A stretch of 32,000 bases of DNA. It comes from Desulfocapsa sulfexigens DSM 10523 (GTDB taxonomy: Bacteria; Desulfobacterota; Desulfobulbia; Desulfobulbales; Desulfocapsaceae). The stretch lies in the NCBI RefSeq assembly GCF_000341395.1, contig NC_020304.1, positions 3,930,001 through 3,962,000 on the forward strand. The letters run 5' to 3'. The translations under genes were made by a program, and so were the position numbers. The notes beneath the pieces were generated by a model, which did no database searches, had not been told where the DNA came from, and was given only the letters and a program-made list of their open reading frames with translations. Of this stretch, positions 1 to 7,301 are shown piece after piece (position 1 is the first letter of the stretch; every line of letters begins with the position of its first letter).

Positions 1-366
1 TTACATAGTATTGCTGGCAGTGAGGTTGAAGAAACTGAATTAAATACCGATAACTTACATATAGATCTTGCGAGTGATACTGAATCCGAGTCGTCAACAA
101 ATTCAGAGGACGAAAGCAGCAGTCTTGATCGATTTGCAGCAACATCAGCCAATGCATCGGAAGATAACGATAACTCTCCTCTTGACAACTTCTCTGCCTG
201 CAGTCAGTCCGAAGAAACATCAGAATTCTCATCGGTTGAAGAAATTGACACCATAGACGACAATGCCACAGACCAGGTAGACGATGCCGGGTTAAATGAT
301 GTTAATGCTATCCAGGAAGACCTTTCCCAAGAAGCGGAACAGGTTGACGCGAATGGTGCATGTTGA
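1..366 (+). CDS. 3' end of a gene truncated by the window edge. It encodes a strongly acidic, Ser/Asp/Glu-rich low-complexity C-terminal tail. Hypothetical protein.
   Basis: Frame 1 is open from base 1 to the TGA at 364-366 (121 codons). My translation reads LHSIAGSEVEETELNTDNLHIDLASDTESESSTNSEDESSSLDRF...EAEQVDANGAC*. No family motif was recognised. Coding status rests only on the long open frame and the consistent composition. Confidence 0.45.
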   Translation, partial: LHSIAGSEVEETELNTDNLHIDLASDTESESSTNSEDESSSLDRFAATSANASEDNDNSPLDNFSACSQSEETSEFSSVEEIDTIDDNATDQVDDAGLNDVNAIQEDLSQEAEQVDANGAC

Positions 367-557
367 ACAAACAAAACCGGATAACCTGACAGTTTGTCGG
401 ATATCTTTTTCAGGGCCAGAGGTGAATTGTTTAAAGTTAAGCAGTGACAAAGCTACTTTAATAACATAGGATTATGGAGTAGCATCTGTTTATGTCATGT
501 ACAGAATAGTTTTTAATCCTGTATGTTAGTATTTACTCTTAACTTGTATTCATTTGC

Positions 558-2153
558 ATGATTGTGACATTTTGTGCCATCTTAGGATTGTCACCAAAAA
601 TTCGTTCAAACATCAGTACGCTGGTGTTGTGTTTAAGTACACTGTGGCTGACAGGATTATTACTTCCAACTCCTGCCCATACAACATCCATCCGTCTTCA
701 TGAGATCAAGACGACAGATTCTTTTACCACCAGCAGCCTTTCACTACCGAGAACTATAACTACAAAAGAAACAGAAGACCAGGCAACAACTGAATTTTTC
801 AGCCCCGGTTCAACACGTTCCGAGCCCGATATTCTCAAGGTATATAAAGCACTGTTCAAGCAAACCTGGGAACAATCACCTGATATTCAGGTTGCCAGGA
901 AAATGAAACAACAGAAAGCAGCAGAGCAATACACCGCCTGGGCCAACAGAATTTCCCCACAACTCGATTTTGAAATTGCTCAGAAACGTTTCCTGAACAA
1001 AGACCTAGCCGACGACACCATACAGACCAGCCTTGAAGAAGAAGTCCCATACACTGACGGAAAGGATATAACAGACTGGAATTTTGATCTGGATATTCCT
1101 CTCTACCGCCGTCCCCTTTCACTGGCTATTGATGTATCACGGATAGAATACGAGCTCGCAGCCAATAATCTTGAAATTAAAACCCGTGAACTTGATGCCC
1201 GGCTCCATGAATTGCTTGGGAACTACATGGTTGCCTCCTACAACCTGCATAATCTCGAAAACTCCATTTTTATTTCCGGTGAACATGTTAACAAAATTCA
1301 GCGTGGTTACGATTTACGGGACCAGACCAAACTGGCCCTACTGAGAGCTCAGGCGAACCTGAAGGAACTTGAAGCCAGAAGAGACCTCAACGGACAGAGA
1401 CGTGACACCACATTTCGGGAGCTTCTCGATTTCACTGCTATCCCCGAGAATGACCCCACTTGGCACTGGCTAAAAGAACTTCTTAACAGTGAACAACGTA
1501 CAGCAGGCTGTATTAACAGCTTTTCAGCATTACAGACAGGCACTGAAAAGATGCAGCCATTTCTGACTGAAGCATTAACGGAGGCGGAGCTACGTGATTT
1601 TTTTGTAAACAACAGCCTGCTCTATAAAAAGATTCTCCTCGAACGTAATCTCGGCAAAATCAAAGCAAAAAAATATACGCAACAGGAATGGCCGGCACTC
1701 TTCGTACGAGGAGAGTTTGACAGAAAAGCAGACACGCAGTTTAACGACTACAACGGTGAGGGCTCCATTGGCCTGGTTCTAAGCGTACCACTCTTCAGTG
1801 GCGGAACAATATTCAGTAATATCAAAACAGAAACTATGGCTTCCGATATTACTTCCATAGAAGAACATTCAACTATTTTAAGAACCTTCAATTCCATTGC
1901 CAATAAGAAAAAAACAATTTCCAGCTTACGCGATATATATGAAAAACAGCAAATCCACCTGCAGCAGCAGCAGGAGATTGTACGACTATCCCTCAAGTCC
2001 TACCAGATCAAGCAGACTTCCATGCAGGATCTCCTCACCAGTAAAAACCGCCTGATTGACGCAAAAAACCTTCTTATGCAAACCACCACTGATCTGGGTG
2101 TTCTACTTCGACAATTTGCCTGGGAACTGGGTACACCCTTCCCTGCTCCATAG
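558..2153 (+). CDS. TolC-family outer-membrane efflux/secretion channel protein
   Basis: 531-aa ORF with an ATG start and a hydrophobic N-terminus (LVLCLSTLWLTGLLLP). It has two coiled-coil-rich halves with OEP/TolC-type motifs (ALLRAQANLKELEARRD; LVLSVPLFSGGTIFSN; DLLTSKNRLIDAKNLLMQTTTDL). Confidence 0.75.
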   Translation: MIVTFCAILGLSPKIRSNISTLVLCLSTLWLTGLLLPTPAHTTSIRLHEIKTTDSFTTSSLSLPRTITTKETEDQATTEFFSPGSTRSEPDILKVYKALFKQTWEQSPDIQVARKMKQQKAAEQYTAWANRISPQLDFEIAQKRFLNKDLADDTIQTSLEEEVPYTDGKDITDWNFDLDIPLYRRPLSLAIDVSRIEYELAANNLEIKTRELDARLHELLGNYMVASYNLHNLENSIFISGEHVNKIQRGYDLRDQTKLALLRAQANLKELEARRDLNGQRRDTTFRELLDFTAIPENDPTWHWLKELLNSEQRTAGCINSFSALQTGTEKMQPFLTEALTEAELRDFFVNNSLLYKKILLERNLGKIKAKKYTQQEWPALFVRGEFDRKADTQFNDYNGEGSIGLVLSVPLFSGGTIFSNIKTETMASDITSIEEHSTILRTFNSIANKKKTISSLRDIYEKQQIHLQQQQEIVRLSLKSYQIKQTSMQDLLTSKNRLIDAKNLLMQTTTDLGVLLRQFAWELGTPFPAP

Positions 2154-2261
2154 AAAAAAACAAATATCGTTATTCTACTACTTCACGCCACCAATTCTTA
2201 AGTCTATACATTCATACAGAAGCGACCTTTAAACTACCCCAAAAGGGCCTGATGAAGCAGA

Positions 2262-2826
2262 GTTTCAATCCACGCCCCCGCATGGAGGGCGACTGGTCGC
2301 TGAGATCAGGATCATCAGAAGTGGCTGTGTTTCAATCCACGCCCCCGCATGGAGGGCGACTGATTAAGGGGTACTTATCAACCAAAAAAAGCATGTTTCA
2401 ATCCACGCCCCCGCATGGAGGGCGACCTATGGATCAATTTCTGTTGGTGTCGAATCCCGTGTTTCAATCCACGCCCCCGCATGGAGGGCGACGCAACTTG
2501 TCTCCTTACGGAAACCTCTAAATCTTGTTTCAATCCACGCCCCCGCATGGAGGGCGACGCAGTAAGCTGCGCTCATCCGGGTGGATTAAAAAAGTTTCAA
2601 TCCACGCCCCCGCATGGAGGGCGACTTTTAAATCACCTCCTGTTCACCCATGTGGCAGGTGTTTCAATCCACGCCCCCGCATGGAGGGCGACGACATCAC
2701 AAGATTCTCCGCTGTCAAGGATCTTACGTTTCAATCCACGCCCCCGCATGGAGGGCGACCACCCCTGACGGAACTCCGATGATATCCCCTGATGGTTTCA
2801 ATCCACGCCCCCGCATGGAGGGCGAC
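2262..2826 (-). CRISPR. Type I-C CRISPR array with 9 repeats and 8 spacers
   Basis: There are nine identical 32-bp repeats, GTTTCAATCCACGCCCCCGCATGGAGGGCGAC as read on the + strand. They start at 2262, 2329, 2395, 2461, 2527, 2594, 2661, 2728 and 2795, and are separated by unique 34-35 bp spacers. The reverse complement GTCGCCCTCCATGCGGGGGCGTGGATTGAAAC ends in ATTGAAAC, as is typical of I-C repeats. The array is therefore transcribed on the minus strand, co-directional with the cas genes. Confidence 0.97.
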
Positions 2827-3010
2827 TGTCAGCCTGCAATACTTCACAGTTACTGATGACAATGTGGCTTTGCTGCGAACTACAACAATTTACAGATCTC
2901 AACAATAAAACCACAAAACACAGTGGCCAATATTCACTAACATTTCAACTAGTAAACATAACCTGCGAACCATTCAGGGTTTTACTGTGCCATTAAGGTT
3001 CGCGACATCG
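2827..3010 (-). promoter_or_regulatory. Putative CRISPR leader, between the cas2 stop and the first (leader-proximal) repeat
   Basis: 184-bp non-coding stretch between cas2 (ends at 3011) and the repeat at 2795-2826. It is on the upstream side of the array given the repeat orientation. It is A/T-rich in its centre (CAACAATAAAACCACAAAACAC) and contains a duplicated CTGCGAAC octamer. No promoter hexamers were confidently identified. Confidence 0.6.
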
Positions 3011-3301
3011 TCAAACTAATAAAATCCCCTCCATATCAATGGCCTTCTTAGCCCCAACATGCTCGACCTTATTGTGCCAATTTGAACCTAAGAAATAAAA
3101 TCTCAGGCTATCAGCCTTTGGGTCAAATTCATCAAGCAATCTTTGTCGCAGCACTGCCCATTGGGCTGGGTCAACTATACATTCAAATACTGAGTATTGT
3201 ACACGCTGCCCGTAATCCTTACACGTCTTGGCTACTCTACGCAATCTCTTTGATCCACCTGAATCACTTGTCTTCACATCATAACTCACCAAAACAAACA
3301 T
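3011..3301 (-). CDS. cas2: CRISPR-associated endoribonuclease Cas2
   Basis: 96 aa. The N-terminus MFVLVSYDV...KRLRRVAKTCKDYGQRVQYSVFEC is the classic Cas2 ferredoxin-fold signature. It is the last gene before the leader and array. Confidence 0.93.
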   Translation of the reverse strand: MFVLVSYDVKTSDSGGSKRLRRVAKTCKDYGQRVQYSVFECIVDPAQWAVLRQRLLDEFDPKADSLRFYFLGSNWHNKVEHVGAKKAIDMEGILLV

Positions 3302-3310
3302 ACGTTTACC

Positions 3311-4339
3311 TCATCTCCAAATCATTGGTGGGTAGCCATCCAGATCACCCCTGAAAAACCGAGCTAGCAACAAGGCCTGGGTATGGAAAAGCAGACCCAC
3401 TGGCATTTTTTCATCCACAAAAGCATGCACCAATACTTCCTGCTTTTTCTTCTGATAAGCTGTTAAAACGATCTTCCTCGTTTCATCATCCATCCGCACC
3501 CCACCGCCATTACTCACTTTAAAGCCTTTTGCCTTTACCTGACCAAGATTTATAAGAGAAAGGACAATCCTATCCACCCAGGGTCGAAACTCTTCCATCA
3601 TGTCAAGAGCCAGCCCAAAGCGCCCTGGACGATCACGATGCAAAAAGCCCACTGCAGGATCAAGGCCTACACACTCCAACGCAGACCGAACATCGTTCAT
3701 CAATATCATGTAGAGAAAAGAAAGTAGACAATTCACAAGATCTAAAGGCGGGCGACGCGACCTCTTCGTGAAATAAAATTCATCCTTCTGCTTTACTATC
3801 ATATGATCCAATACCTGGAAGTAGACATGACCACTATCTCCCTCTACTCCACGAACCATATCTAAATCCAAATCCGCTTTCAAACGTCCCAGTGAATTAT
3901 TCAACCGCCGAATCGCCTCCTGAATAGCCTCACAATCAATCCGTTCACCATGATCTCGAAGGATACGTTTTAAATTATGTCTACAATTTGCTATTTTGGC
4001 AGTCACAAAAGAGGTAGCGATCCTGGCTGAGAAATCCAGATCATCTGCACTTCGATACTGTTGACGACGAAGCAACACATTACCGGATACTGCGCCCTGC
4101 ACCCTGGCCAAGAATTTTCCATACTCAGTCAAAAAACTAAAAGTAATCCCACGCTCGCCACAAAATCCCATTAGAAATGGGCTGGCACCGACATTCCCAA
4201 AGCAGACAATCGACTCCAAAGTATGAATAGGTAGACGAAGACGAATCTCCTTCTCTACTTTCACAACAACAGTTTCACCCTCTTTGGCAAGGTATGCCCC
4301 CTGAGTAGTCACAAAAAGAGTATTCAAGTGCTTTTTCAT
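3311..4339 (-). CDS. cas1: CRISPR-associated endonuclease Cas1, type I-C
   Basis: 342 aa. The sequence LFVTTQGAYLAKEGETVVV...VRGVEGDSGHVYF...ALDMMEEFRP is Cas1-like. Its ATG overlaps the cas4 stop (ATGA at 4336-4339). Confidence 0.95.
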   Translation of the reverse strand: MKKHLNTLFVTTQGAYLAKEGETVVVKVEKEIRLRLPIHTLESIVCFGNVGASPFLMGFCGERGITFSFLTEYGKFLARVQGAVSGNVLLRRQQYRSADDLDFSARIATSFVTAKIANCRHNLKRILRDHGERIDCEAIQEAIRRLNNSLGRLKADLDLDMVRGVEGDSGHVYFQVLDHMIVKQKDEFYFTKRSRRPPLDLVNCLLSFLYMILMNDVRSALECVGLDPAVGFLHRDRPGRFGLALDMMEEFRPWVDRIVLSLINLGQVKAKGFKVSNGGGVRMDDETRKIVLTAYQKKKQEVLVHAFVDEKMPVGLLFHTQALLLARFFRGDLDGYPPMIWR

Positions 4340-4983
4340 TTCAGCATCTTCTCCAGATAGTGGGCCACTTTTTTTCTCTTCGAAAGCACTTTGGGCAGGC
4401 AGAGGGATTCAAAAGAACAACTCTTACATTTATTGCTATATTCAGGTTTTGGGGTTTGTTTTGATGCCAACAATAGATGAAGCCTTTCACTGGTATCCCG
4501 AGTCTTTTGCCGAAGCCTGTTATCAAAGACGACCTCCAAACGACGGTGTGTTGTCCCATAAAACATAGCTCCTTTTTCAATCTCTATCCCCAGCATTTCC
4601 TCTAAGCAAATTGCCTGGGCACAAAGTTGAACCCTATCAGAATCATCCTTTTTTGCTTTCCCCCGTTTATATTCCACTGGAAATGGCTGCCACCCCTTAT
4701 CTATCTTATAAAACTCCACGACATCTGCCCGTCCGGCTATGCCTAATTCCAAAGAATGTAAAGGAAGATCATACTCAATTCTTTTATCTTTACGCGATTC
4801 CCGACCTGCTTTATGCACCCGCTCATGCATGATTCGCCCTTCAGCCGTCAACCTGTTTTCCTCCCAAAGTTGTTCAATATGAATAAGAGCACATTGCCTT
4901 GGACAAAACAGCAGATGCTGAAGAGCTGAAAGCATGTGTAAGTTATCTTCAGTAAACATTTGTGTCATACCATACCACACCAC
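4336..4983 (-). CDS. cas4: CRISPR-associated exonuclease Cas4 (RecB-like nuclease with a 4-Cys cluster)
   Basis: 215 aa from the GTG at 4983; an ATG at 4968 is an alternative start. It has an N-terminal Cys (LLFCPRQCAL) and a C-terminal CKSCSFESLC, giving the Cas4 Fe-S cysteine pattern. A RecB-type core is present (DVVEF...EYKRGK). It sits immediately upstream of cas1. Confidence 0.9.
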   Translation of the reverse strand: MVWYGMTQMFTEDNLHMLSALQHLLFCPRQCALIHIEQLWEENRLTAEGRIMHERVHKAGRESRKDKRIEYDLPLHSLELGIAGRADVVEFYKIDKGWQPFPVEYKRGKAKKDDSDRVQLCAQAICLEEMLGIEIEKGAMFYGTTHRRLEVVFDNRLRQKTRDTSERLHLLLASKQTPKPEYSNKCKSCSFESLCLPKVLSKRKKVAHYLEKMLK

Positions 4984-4998
4984 TGGCCATTCTCATTT

Positions 4999-5988
4999 CT
5001 ACCCTTTCTCGTTTGTGAGTAAATTAATAACAAGACGAATTAGTAAATCTTTTTGAGCTGGGTCGCTTGATGCTATGAGCAGAGTTAATGCCACCAAAGC
5101 CTTATCATCAAAATCCAACACATCACGATTCAACCTGAGAAACAGCAAAAAAAGAAAAGAACCTATACGCTTATTGCCATCAACAAAGGGATGATCCTTA
5201 ATAATGAAATATAGTAAATTAGCTGCTTTCTCTTGCACACTGGGATAGAGATCCTGTCCACCAAACGTCTGCTGAATAGCACCTAAAACCCCAGCCAAAC
5301 CTTCGCCCCGCTCCTGACCAAAGATGCCTGTTGCTTCACTTCTACTCAACAATTCCTGCTTTAAAGAACTGATGGCCGGACGTGCTTGATCAATCTCTAA
5401 CGCTTCAGATAATAGATCCATACTCTTCGGAATTGCCAGAGAAGCCTCGTCATACTGCCAGAGAAGTTGCCATGTTTTGGCATAAGCAGTAACAATAGAA
5501 AGCACTCCTCGCCCTTCGTCATTCACCAGTTTATGGTCTTCCAAAGTATTGGCTAGAAGTCCCAGCATTTGCCTGGCATCATCAAGACCTTTCTCTGCCA
5601 ATCGCTTCTGATTTAAAGTACATCCCTGTACCAGATGTTCTTTCAGGATCGAAGTTGCCCAGATCCTGAACTGTGTACCTCGCTTTGAATTAACTCGATA
5701 GCCAACAGAAATTATGGCATCAAGATTAAACCATTCAATAATTCGTGAGACCTCACGAGTCCCTTCTTGTTGAACTGTTGCATTTTCTGCAACAGTTGCC
5801 TCTCTAACAAGTTCACCACTCTGAAAAATATTACGTAAATGCCTTGAAATCACTGATTTGTCACGTTCAAACAAATCTGAAATCTGGTTCAGTGTTAACC
5901 AGACCGATTCGTCTTTAAGACGTACATCGACTCCAACCTTTCCATCATAAAACTGATAAAGTATCAATTCACCTTGCTCAAAGGTCAT
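4999..5988 (-). CDS. RhuM-family N-terminal domain fused to a Fic/Doc (death-on-curing type) domain, embedded in the cas operon
   Basis: 329 aa from the ATG at 5988, which is preceded by AGGAG (5996-6000) with a 7-nt spacer. The ORF track extends to a TTG at 6018. The N-terminal half, WLTLNQISDLFERDKSVISRHLRNIFQSGEL...NLDAIISVGYRVNSKRGTQFRIWATSILKEHLVQG, is the RhuM-family signature. The C-terminal half carries HPFVDGNKRIG (5167-5193), the Doc variant of the Fic active-site motif. Confidence 0.85.
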   Translation of the reverse strand: MTFEQGELILYQFYDGKVGVDVRLKDESVWLTLNQISDLFERDKSVISRHLRNIFQSGELVREATVAENATVQQEGTREVSRIIEWFNLDAIISVGYRVNSKRGTQFRIWATSILKEHLVQGCTLNQKRLAEKGLDDARQMLGLLANTLEDHKLVNDEGRGVLSIVTAYAKTWQLLWQYDEASLAIPKSMDLLSEALEIDQARPAISSLKQELLSRSEATGIFGQERGEGLAGVLGAIQQTFGGQDLYPSVQEKAANLLYFIIKDHPFVDGNKRIGSFLFLLFLRLNRDVLDFDDKALVALTLLIASSDPAQKDLLIRLVINLLTNEKG

Positions 5989-6069
5989 ACACCTACTCCT
6001 GACATTGTTTTCTTCCAAGGTAATCGTTGCCAGGAAAGACAGACAACGGCTGTTACAACCAACTCACTC

Positions 6070-6936
6070 TCAAACCTCCAATACTGTCACCCCACTTGGC
6101 AAATCACCAGTCACTTCAATATTTGTATAGTCGGAAAAAGCCCTTGCTGGGTTCGCAGGATCTTTTAATCTAGGATTAGCAACCATCTCAAAAAGCTGTT
6201 GAGCGGAGGCGTTCCCAAGGGCAGAATCATGTTTGAAAACTATCAACTTTCTTGTTCCCATTAAACCACGGGCCGCAGAATGATCATGGTCAAACATATC
6301 ACGCAAGGCTTGCCATAACAATTCAAGATCTTCTTCAGAAAATCCAGTTTGACTTGCTAAGTGAGGAGAGATGAAACCATGGGCCCGGTAAAGGCCATAG
6401 GGCACTGTATATTTGCGCCCCATGGTCCTATTATCACCATGTTGTGCCTCAGCCTCTGCCTCTGTAGTCACTGCCATTCTGGTAATCGAATGTTCAGTGG
6501 CAATAATTGGATCAACTGAACGGGAGAAAGTGAGCTGCACAGGTCCTCGAACTTGGCCAGCATTTTTCCCCGTACTCATTACCGCCCCAAAGGTTCTGAT
6601 ATCGTAATAATTTGTACACATCCACTGCCTGGCTGACTCAACTTTTTCAGCAGATTTTTCTTGTTTTTTAACCTCATCAGTTTCATAAGGTTCATCAATA
6701 AGATTGTTAAGAACAGCCTTTTCCTTAATGAAAATATCAAATGGCCTTTTTGCTTCCTTAACCAACTGTACATAGTTTCTAATTTTCCTTTTCAGACACA
6801 CATCAGTAACAAGACCAAAACCCGTTTCAGCATCCATCCGCGGTAAATTTCCAGCATCAGGATCACCATTTGGGTTGCCATCCTGGACATCAAAGAACAA
6901 TACAAAGTCGTAACGATTTTTTATAATTTCAGACAT
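6070..6936 (-). CDS. cas7: Type I-C Cascade backbone subunit Cas7c (Csd2)
   Basis: 288 aa. The N-terminus [28 protein letters not shown] is the Cas7/Csd2 signature. AGGAGAG lies upstream of the ATG at 6936. The gene follows cas8c. Confidence 0.93.
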   Translation of the reverse strand: MSEIIKNRYDFVLFFDVQDGNPNGDPDAGNLPRMDAETGFGLVTDVCLKRKIRNYVQLVKEAKRPFDIFIKEKAVLNNLIDEPYETDEVKKQEKSAEKVESARQWMCTNYYDIRTFGAVMSTGKNAGQVRGPVQLTFSRSVDPIIATEHSITRMAVTTEAEAEAQHGDNRTMGRKYTVPYGLYRAHGFISPHLASQTGFSEEDLELLWQALRDMFDHDHSAARGLMGTRKLIVFKHDSALGNASAQQLFEMVANPRLKDPANPARAFSDYTNIEVTGDLPSGVTVLEV

Positions 6937-6947
6937 AACTCTCTCCT

Positions 6948-7301
6948 TTATTCTTTATCTTCTTTCTTGGTGAACAGATCTTGACGTTGGTGATAATATC
7001 CCACTGCAAAACGAGCCTGAGCATCAAGGGGCAAGTGGGCTGGAATTTCTACAATACCACTAAATATTTCCCCCAATATGGTCTCAAAATAGACCCCTGC
7101 TCCACCTTTTAATTTGGCAAGATGGTGGTTCTTTAATTTCAGCAATTGTGGGAACACAGAAACAGGCGAACTGGAAGCTGCCCCATAAAACCGCTCGCGA
7201 ATGGTTTCTTTACCCTGTGCCCTCTTCTGAATATTCTCCAACACAGCAAAGAGACGACCCAACCGATAGGCTGGATTCATATTATTTTTATCAAGTGACA
7301 C
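6948..7301 (-). CDS. Candidate internally translated small subunit Cas11c, in frame within the 3' end of cas8c
   Basis: An in-frame GTG at 7299-7301 is preceded by GAGGAG (7308-7313) with a 6-nt spacer, all inside cas8c. It would give a 117-aa product, [22 protein letters not shown]...KEDKE. Internal Cas11 translation from cas8 genes is established for type I-C. The exact start here is an inference. Confidence 0.35.
   Translation of the reverse strand: MSLDKNNMNPAYRLGRLFAVLENIQKRAQGKETIRERFYGAASSSPVSVFPQLLKLKNHHLAKLKGGAGVYFETILGEIFSGIVEIPAHLPLDAQARFAVGYYHQRQDLFTKKEDKE

Noticed and set aside
379-410. Small hairpin CTGACA-GTT-TGTCGG followed by ATATCTTTTT after the first (partial) CDS, as a possible terminator
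   Set aside because: The stem is only 6 bp including a G-U pair, the loop is only 3 nt, and the T-run is interrupted. It is too weak to call.
2252-2856. Four overlapping + strand ORFs (89, 117, 85 and 68 aa) with recurring peptides FQSTPPHGGR / FNPRPRMEGD
   Set aside because: They are translations of the CRISPR repeats in different frames. The periodic identical peptides are an artefact of the 32-bp repeat, not coding sequence.
5989-6069. Possible independent promoter (a TGGCA sigma54-like element or sigma70 hexamers) in the 81-nt cas7-fic gap
   Set aside because: CTGGCAACGATTACC lacks the TTGC element at the required spacing, and no -35/-10 pair with 16-18 nt spacing is visible on the minus strand. 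Co-transcription with the cas operon is the simpler reading.
4984-6069. Signs that the RhuM/Fic gene is a mobile insertion (target-site duplication, inverted repeats, a nearby transposase or integrase)
   Set aside because: I could find no direct or inverted repeats flanking the gene by eye, and no transposase or integrase is present anywhere in the window. The insertion idea rests only on gene order and gap sizes.
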